Source: Alphaproteobacteria bacterium
GTDB lineage: Bacteria; Pseudomonadota; Alphaproteobacteria; RF32; CAG-239
Length of the DNA: 64,000 nucleotides
Direction of reading: 5' to 3'
Assembly: GCA_017460085.1 (NCBI GenBank)
Contig: JAFUBQ010000004.1
Span: forward strand, 39,991 to 103,990
Shown: one piece after another, positions 57,388 to 64,000 of the stretch
Layout: each line of letters opens with the position of its first letter
Position numbering within the stretch: position 1 is the first letter of the stretch
Translations under genes and position numbers: made by a program
The notes under the pieces: generated by a model
Databases searched by the model: none
What the model was told of the DNA's origin: nothing
The model's input: the letters and a program-made list of their open reading frames with translations, nothing else

Positions 57388-60300
57388 TTATATTAATTCA
57401 ATCAACTGATTAATTAACTTTTTAATCATAGCGATTCTAACATCGTAAGCGCTTAAATCTCGTTCAAAAAATAATTTTTGATCAGGTCTAATTTTTAACA
57501 CACCAAAAGATTTTGCCACTAAATCAAGCAATTTATCTGCTGCGGCAAAAGTATTATTATGAAACGAAAGTAAAATACCTTTAGCGCCTGCATCAATTTT
57601 TGCAATGTTAGCTTTATAACAAAGCTGTTTAATTTCAATAGTTTGCAGCAAGTTTTCAACTTCCGGCGGAATAGGACCGAAACGGTCAATCAGCTCTTCG
57701 CGCATATCTAACAGTTCGTTTTGTTCCTTTAGCGCACCAATACGCCGATATAAACCTAGCCGCACACCTAAATCTTTAACATAGTTTTCCGGAATCATCA
57801 ACGGCACACCGGTTGTAATTTGCGGTGCCCAATCCGTATTTCCGGCTTTGCTTTCTGCCATCTGCCCTGCCCTTTGCCGTGCAATTTCTTCCTCTAACAT
57901 ATGATGATAAAGCGCAATACCAACATCTTTAATATGACCTGATTGCTCCGTGCCTAAAACATTGCCTGAACCACGAATGTCCATATCATGACTGGCAAGC
58001 GAAAAACCGGCACCTAAGGTATCCAAAGCCTGCAGAATAGATAAACGTTTTTCGGCTGTTTGATTAAGTTTTTTCTTCGGCGGAACCGTAAAATAGCAAT
58101 AGCCGCGCACTTTAGAACGCCCAATTCTGCCACGCAGCTGGTAAAGCTGAGCCAAGCCGAACATATCGGCACGATATATAATCATTGTGTTAACACGCGG
58201 CATATCAATACCGGATTCAATAATGGTGGTTGAAAGCAAAACATCATATTTACCATCAGCAAAATCACCGACAATTTCTTCTAACTCAGTTGCCGCCATT
58301 TGCCCATGTGCCACCGCAACTTTAATTTCCGGCACCAATTCACGCAAAATTTTCGCAACATCAGCAATATCTGCCACCCGCGGACACACAAAAAACGTTT
58401 GTCCGCCGCGGAACTTTTCGCGATATATAGCTTCTTTAATCATCACACGGTCAAACGGCATAACAAATGTGCGCGCCGCCAATCTGTCTACCGGCGGCGT
58501 GGCAATAATGCTGAGTTGCTTAACGCCGGTTAACGAAAGCTCAAGTGTGCGTGGTATAGGTGTTGCACTCAAAGTCAACACATGAACATCTGATTTCAGC
58601 GCTTTCAATCGTTCTTTGTGCGCAACCCCAAAATGCTGTTCTTCATCAATTATCAAAAGCCCCAAATTAGCAAATTTAATATCTTTTGCTAAAAGCGCAT
58701 GAGTGCCAATTACAATATCAACCGAACCATCAGCCATACCTTCTTTGGTTTGGCGAATTTCTTTAGCGGTTGAAAGCCGTGAAAGCATACGCACTTTAAG
58801 CGGAAAGCCTTGCATGCGTTCATAAAAATTAAGATAATGCTGGCGTGCCAACAATGTTGTCGGCACAATCAAGGCCACTTGCGCTCCGCTCATTGCCACG
58901 GCAAAAGCCGCCCTTAGCGCCACTTCGGTTTTGCCGAACCCAACATCACCACACACTAAGCGGTCCATCGGCTCACCGGCGCTTAAATCTTGCAACACAT
59001 CTTGAATGGCACGCATCTGGTCATCGGTTTCGCTGAAAGGAAAACGTGCGCAAAATTCGTCATAAGTTCCGCTTGGTGCCACAAAACTTTCTGCTGATTT
59101 CAAGTGTCGCTCCGCCGCTACCCGAATTAATTTTTCAGCAATGTCTTTAATTTTAGCCTTCACTTTGGCTTTTTTGGCCTGCCATGCTTGTCCACCTAAA
59201 ACATCAAGCATCACATTGGCATCATCTGAACCATAGCGCGAAATAACATCAATATTTTCCACCGGCACAAACAGCTTATCATCATGCGCATATAAAAGTT
59301 TAACGCAATCGTGCGGCGCACCGCCGGCCATAATATTTTCCAATCCCATAAAACGGCCGATACCATGTTCAATATGCACCACCAGTTCGCCCACCGCCAA
59401 TGTAGATACATCGGCAATAAAATCTTTTGAAGTTATCTTGCGTGCTTTACGATGTTGTCTTTCACCTAAAATATCCTGTTCGGAAATCAGACAATATTTT
59501 TCATCACGAAAACCATGCGGTAAATCAGCCAGCACCAACGCCACTTTTTTATGCGCAGCCACCATCAAAGCCTCTTGCCATGTGTTTGCCGCCGCAATGT
59601 TTTGAATATTATATTCTCGCATTAAACTTGCTAATCTTTCGCGAGAACCTTCGCTGTAGCAACAAACAATGCGCTGCAATTTACCATTTTCCGCCAAATA
59701 ATCACTCAGCTCCTTAAAAACTTCGGCCGTATTAATATGCTTAGCGTGCGTAAAATTGCGTCCGGGAATGGTTCGCATATCCACAACATTTTCGTCTGCC
59801 GGCAATGTTAATGCGCTCATATAAACAGCTTCTCGTGCCTTAAATTTATCTTCCAGCATTTGCTCATTCAAATATAATTTTTCCGGCGGCAACGGACGAT
59901 ATATTTCATCATCAACCGCTTTTTTTCGCGCATTCAATGCTTCTAAACGCGCCTGATAATAATCACGCACACCTTCAACTTTAGCTTTTGCGGCTTCGCT
60001 CACATTTTTTCCCACAACAACCAAGGCATTAGGCATATAATCAAACAAAGTAGGCAATGTTTCTTCATAGAACAACGGCAGCCAATTTTCCATACCTATA
60101 TATTTTCGCCCTTGCGAAATTGCTTCATAAATTTCATCTTTCATACCGCCGGCACCGAACAATTCACGATAATTTTCTCTGAAATGACGGATAGTATCGG
60201 CATCAAGCACAACTTCGCCCGCCACCTGAAATGTATATTCTTGCCGCTCGCCGATTGTGCGCTGCGAAACTGCGTCAAAAATGCGTATGCGCTCAATTTC

Positions 60301-60888
60301 ATCATCAAACAAATCCAGCCGCAGCGGATTTTCGGCACCGCTTGGAAAAACATCAATAATATCGCCGCGCACGGCATATTCTCCAGCCTCCATCACCTGT
60401 TCAACCCGTGTATAACCGTTCAGCGACATATAGTGTAAAAACTGTTCAAAATTAAGCGTTTCTCCAACCTTAAAATGCTTTTGCGCATTGCGGAATATTT
60501 TTGCCGGCGCCAACTTTTGCAACACTGCACCAACACTAGTTATAACCGCGTATTGCTGCTTAGGTTCGGCAAACACAATTTCAGACAAAGTTTTAACTCT
60601 TTGCGCAGTAACGGCGCTATTTGGCGAAACACGGTCATACGGCACTGTATCCCATGCCGGAAACTCAAGCACCTTCAAATTCGGAGCAATAAAGCGCAAC
60701 AACGCCGCCGTTTGTGCTAAATTCACACCATCACTGGCAATATATAAAAGCGGCAAAGACGAAGTTAGCATCTTTTGCAAAGCAAACGCTTCATAGCCGT
60801 CACATACGTTGCTAAGCGTCATATTTTTCCACAAAATCTTCTCTTGTTGCATAAATTGTGCTTTCTTGTTTACAAATCCTGCTGTCAT
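57388..60888 (-). CDS. mfd: Transcription-repair coupling factor Mfd
   Basis: 1166 aa with the SF2 helicase 'GDVGFGKTEVA' and 'DEEQHFGV' motifs, a UvrB-homology N-terminus and a TRG motif region. Confidence 0.95.
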   Translation of the reverse strand: MTAGFVNKKAQFMQQEKILWKNMTLSNVCDGYEAFALQKMLTSSLPLLYIASDGVNLAQTAALLRFIAPNLKVLEFPAWDTVPYDRVSPNSAVTAQRVKTLSEIVFAEPKQQYAVITSVGAVLQKLAPAKIFRNAQKHFKVGETLNFEQFLHYMSLNGYTRVEQVMEAGEYAVRGDIIDVFPSGAENPLRLDLFDDEIERIRIFDAVSQRTIGERQEYTFQVAGEVVLDADTIRHFRENYRELFGAGGMKDEIYEAISQGRKYIGMENWLPLFYEETLPTLFDYMPNALVVVGKNVSEAAKAKVEGVRDYYQARLEALNARKKAVDDEIYRPLPPEKLYLNEQMLEDKFKAREAVYMSALTLPADENVVDMRTIPGRNFTHAKHINTAEVFKELSDYLAENGKLQRIVCCYSEGSRERLASLMREYNIQNIAAANTWQEALMVAAHKKVALVLADLPHGFRDEKYCLISEQDILGERQHRKARKITSKDFIADVSTLAVGELVVHIEHGIGRFMGLENIMAGGAPHDCVKLLYAHDDKLFVPVENIDVISRYGSDDANVMLDVLGGQAWQAKKAKVKAKIKDIAEKLIRVAAERHLKSAESFVAPSGTYDEFCARFPFSETDDQMRAIQDVLQDLSAGEPMDRLVCGDVGFGKTEVALRAAFAVAMSGAQVALIVPTTLLARQHYLNFYERMQGFPLKVRMLSRLSTAKEIRQTKEGMADGSVDIVIGTHALLAKDIKFANLGLLIIDEEQHFGVAHKERLKALKSDVHVLTLSATPIPRTLELSLTGVKQLSIIATPPVDRLAARTFVMPFDRVMIKEAIYREKFRGGQTFFVCPRVADIADVAKILRELVPEIKVAVAHGQMAATELEEIVGDFADGKYDVLLSTTIIESGIDMPRVNTMIIYRADMFGLAQLYQLRGRIGRSKVRGYCYFTVPPKKKLNQTAEKRLSILQALDTLGAGFSLASHDMDIRGSGNVLGTEQSGHIKDVGIALYHHMLEEEIARQRAGQMAESKAGNTDWAPQITTGVPLMIPENYVKDLGVRLGLYRRIGALKEQNELLDMREELIDRFGPIPPEVENLLQTIEIKQLCYKANIAKIDAGAKGILLSFHNNTFAAADKLLDLVAKSFGVLKIRPDQKLFFERDLSAYDVRIAMIKKLINQLIELI

Positions 60889-60936
60889 AATATACTATCT
60901 CAAAAAGTTCGCAACAACAATTAAAGACAAATTAAC

Positions 60937-63019
60937 AATGCGCCCAAGTGTTTTATATCCTTTATTTGCTCAAATAGATGCCTTAAACGGCATCGGGCAG
61001 AAATATATGAAACTTGTCAGCAGTTTATGCGGTTCAAAAGTGGTCGATTTGCTATGGCATATGCCGTCTAATATTATTGACCGTCGCTGCGGTGTGCCGC
61101 TTAGTATGGCACAAAACGGGCAACTTTGGACCGGTCAAGTGTGCGTGGTTGAACATGCACCGCCGAAAACCAAAAAACACCCCTATCGCATTGTTGTTAA
61201 AGATGCCACCGAACAGCTTATTCTCACTTTTTTTAAAACTTACGGAGATAGTTTAACCAAACAATTTCCAGTCGGTGCAGAACGTATTATCAGCGGTAAA
61301 ATAGAAATATTTAACGGCATGCTGCAAATGGCGCATCCGGAATATGTGGTTAATGCCGACACACCGGAACAAATGCCGCAAATTGAAACGATATATCCGC
61401 TGACCTCAGGGGTGACCAACAAAATGCTCAATAAATTGATGACACAAGCATTGCAAAATGTCCCTCAGCTACCGGAATGGCTTGACGAACATCTGCTTAA
61501 ATCTCAGCAATGGCCGGATTTTCGCACAGCATTATGGCAAGCGCATCATCCGCAAAATATGGCCGATTTGCAGCCGCAAGCAACAGCACGGCAACGGCTG
61601 GCTTATGATGAACTTTTAGCCAATCAATTGTCGCTCGCCATCGTGCGCGGCCGTTTGAAAAAACAAAAAGGACGAACACTGCAGGGGAATGGAGCCTTAA
61701 AACAAAAACTGCTCAATGTTCTGCCTTTTGCCTTAACCGGTGCGCAAAAGCGCGTGGTGGCGGAAATAGAAAGCGATATGTTTGCCCCTTATAAAATGTC
61801 ACGGTTGCTGCAAGGTGATGTCGGCAGCGGTAAAACCATTGTGGCTCTGCTAACAATGCTTAATGCGGTGGAATGCGGTGCGCAAGCCGCTATTATGGCG
61901 CCAACTGAAATTTTAGCACAGCAACACGCTGAAACAATAAACGAATTATGTGAAAAAATCGGCGTAAAAACCGCACTTTTAACCGGCAGTATAAAAGGGA
62001 AAAAACGCCAACAAATATTAGAGGCTCTGCAAAACGGTGAAATTGATATTTTAATCGGCACACATGCCCTGTTTACAGATGATGTAACTTTTAAAGATTT
62101 AGCCTATGTCATTATTGATGAACAGCACCGTTTCGGGGTTCAGCAAAGATTACATTTTTCGCAAAAAGGTAACAATTGCGACGTTTTGGTAATGACGGCA
62201 ACACCAATTCCGCGCACGTTGGTTTTAACGCAATACGGCGATATGGAATATTCTAAAATAGATGAACTTCCGGCCGGACGTCAGCCGGTAACAACAACAG
62301 TTATGCCGCTGACTAAAATTCATGCTGTGGTTGAAGCTCTGCAGCGAAAACTAAATGAAGGAACACAGGCTTATTGGGTATGCCCGCTTGTGGAAGAATC
62401 GGAAAAAATAGATTTATCGGCAGCCACCGAGCGTTATGAAAGTTTGCAAAAAATATTCGGCAGTAGTGTTGGCTTAATTCACGGCAAAATGAAAGAAAGT
62501 GAAAAAGATGCTGTTATGGAAAAATTCAAAGCCGGACAAATAAAGCTTTTGGTTGCCACCACAGTCATTGAAGTCGGCGTTAATGTTCCGGCAGCAACCG
62601 TTATGATTATTGAACATGCCGAACGTTTTGGTTTAGCACAACTGCACCAGTTGCGCGGCCGCATTAAACGCGGCTTTGAAGCCTCTAGCTGCATATTAAT
62701 GTATGGATTTCCTTTAAGTGAAGTTTCACGTTCACGCTTAAATATTATGAAACAAAGCGAAGACGGATTTTTAATTGCCGAAGAAGATTTACGCTTGCGC
62801 GGCGGCGGCGAAATTTTAGGCATCCGCCAATCAGGGTTTAACAGTTTTCATTTGGCTGATATGAGTGTGCATACCAATTTATTGCTTACTGCCACCAAAG
62901 ATGCCGCACTGATTTTGCAGCAAGACCCGAATTTATCTTCACCGCGCGGACAAGCTTTACGCACCCTACTCTATCTTTTTGAACGCGATGAAATGATTCG
63001 CACATATAAAGCCGGTTAA
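60937..63019 (+). CDS. recG: ATP-dependent DNA helicase RecG
   Basis: Wedge domain, then 'GDVGSGKT' and 'DEQHRFGV' helicase motifs. The start is placed at 'MRPSVLYPLF' to avoid overlapping mfd; the ORF track begins at 60809. Confidence 0.9.
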
Positions 63020-63175
63020 AACTTTTTTTTGCATTCCTTGCCAGCCGTATTCTTGACAACCTTTCCACGAAGTATATTCAGTATCAAAAATTACAAAAGA
63101 CATATTCGTTACCTTTTTTAAATAACATAACTTTTACTAATTTGCCTTATTAACTTTTTTTTCAAGTATGGTTTA

Positions 63176-63997
63176 TTATTTTTTTGGGGTAATCGGAAAA
63201 ACTTGAACACCTTTGTATTGCGTCACTGCAGCGCTGTCACTCTGTGCCTGCATTGCTCTTTTTTTATCATATTGTGCTGCAGGATGATTATATTTTATCA
63301 CAGAATCAACATTGGGAAATTGAGTGTTTTCTCCAGATTTTTGTCCTGTTTGATACATCGATTGTTCAGCATACCCAAAGTCTTTCGGATTTAAGCTTAT
63401 TTCTTCCGGAAGACGTAATATCATATATCCCGAACCACCGCCATATGCCGGACCTGAAACACCAATAGAATAGAAACCTCCGATGTAACCGAAATCAATA
63501 TCAATATAGTCTATTGCAAATAAAGTTTTAATGGTGCTGACACCAACGGTTGTCATTTTGCAATCATAGCCGTTATCTTCTAACAAAACATTGTTAACAT
63601 TTTTAGCAAAAACCACTGTTTTACTCGGTCGGCAAACCGGTGTTTGTCCGTTATCGGTAACCCCCCAATTAAGCATTAAATTAAGGGCCATAGTGTTTTG
63701 GTCATTAATAGAAACATCGGCAATTTTAACATCATCGATATAAATAAATCCCGGAGTAACTCCAATGGTAACCGGAATTGAAACATATTGTTCGGTACAA
63801 GCATGCGTATTAGAATCTGCTGCACAAACTAACGCCTTTTGTCGGGCATTGCTGTCAAACATGTGCAACAATGTGTTATAAATAAACTCTTTTGACATTG
63901 AAAGTTTTGCTGGCGCACATTGTTTTGAGCGGCAAACCACAATAGATGATGGAATTTTTAAGCGTGGTTGACTGTCCACTGTCATTCCTGCCGGCAT
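63176..63997 (-). CDS. Hypothetical cysteine-containing, Gly/Tyr-rich protein; N-terminus probably beyond the window edge
   Basis: ORF open to the window end. 'GGFYSIGVSGPAYGGGSGYMI' glycine-rich segment; no family recognised. Confidence 0.45.
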   Translation of the reverse strand: MPAGMTVDSQPRLKIPSSIVVCRSKQCAPAKLSMSKEFIYNTLLHMFDSNARQKALVCAADSNTHACTEQYVSIPVTIGVTPGFIYIDDVKIADVSINDQNTMALNLMLNWGVTDNGQTPVCRPSKTVVFAKNVNNVLLEDNGYDCKMTTVGVSTIKTLFAIDYIDIDFGYIGGFYSIGVSGPAYGGGSGYMILRLPEEISLNPKDFGYAEQSMYQTGQKSGENTQFPNVDSVIKYNHPAAQYDKKRAMQAQSDSAAVTQYKGVQVFPITPKK

Positions 63998-64000
63998 AGC

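Overview
The window is a mostly housekeeping chromosomal segment from a low-GC alphaproteobacterium. Lineage markers are GcrA, LpxI, a kinase-domain-only HprK, an S16 protein with an Ala/Lys-rich tail, and two-partner M16 peptidases. Core genes, in order: mtnN (3' part), cspA, mutL, pgi, M16 peptidase pair, lspA, pgk, gap, fmt, ppiD-like, tpiA, secG, pyrG, gcrA, gyrA, htpX, an RND efflux pair, ffh-rpsP-rimM-trmD-rplS, pepF, a tRNA-Cys/Asn/Gly cluster, comEC, lpxB, lpxI, cvpA, radA, mlaFE-like ABC, hprK, tsaE, ldh, lepA, murF, nrdR, nusB, def, mfd, recG. Several spots are not ordinary. (a) The tRNA cluster carries duplicated copies of each tRNA 3' end with its terminator, plus tRNA-like fragments and a GC-rich palindromic insert. 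(b) Next to it is a compositionally distinct two-gene block: an unknown membrane protein and M3 oligoendopeptidase F, with a 400-bp leader holding an 18-bp perfect palindrome. (c) An IS1 InsA-like zinc-ribbon/HTH gene sits between perfect 11-bp inverted repeats beside the RND pump. (d) An [FeFe]-hydrogenase-like gene lies between lepA and murF, with an L-lactate dehydrogenase nearby, which hints at a fermentative lifestyle. (e) A roughly 200-nt, highly structured palindromic element with GNRA-capped hairpins sits in the ldh/lepA convergent spacer. There are also several large proteins of unknown function (527, 424 and 359 aa) and a membrane-anchored SNase-like nuclease. Product calls rest on motifs I recognised by reading the ORF translations; no database search was run.
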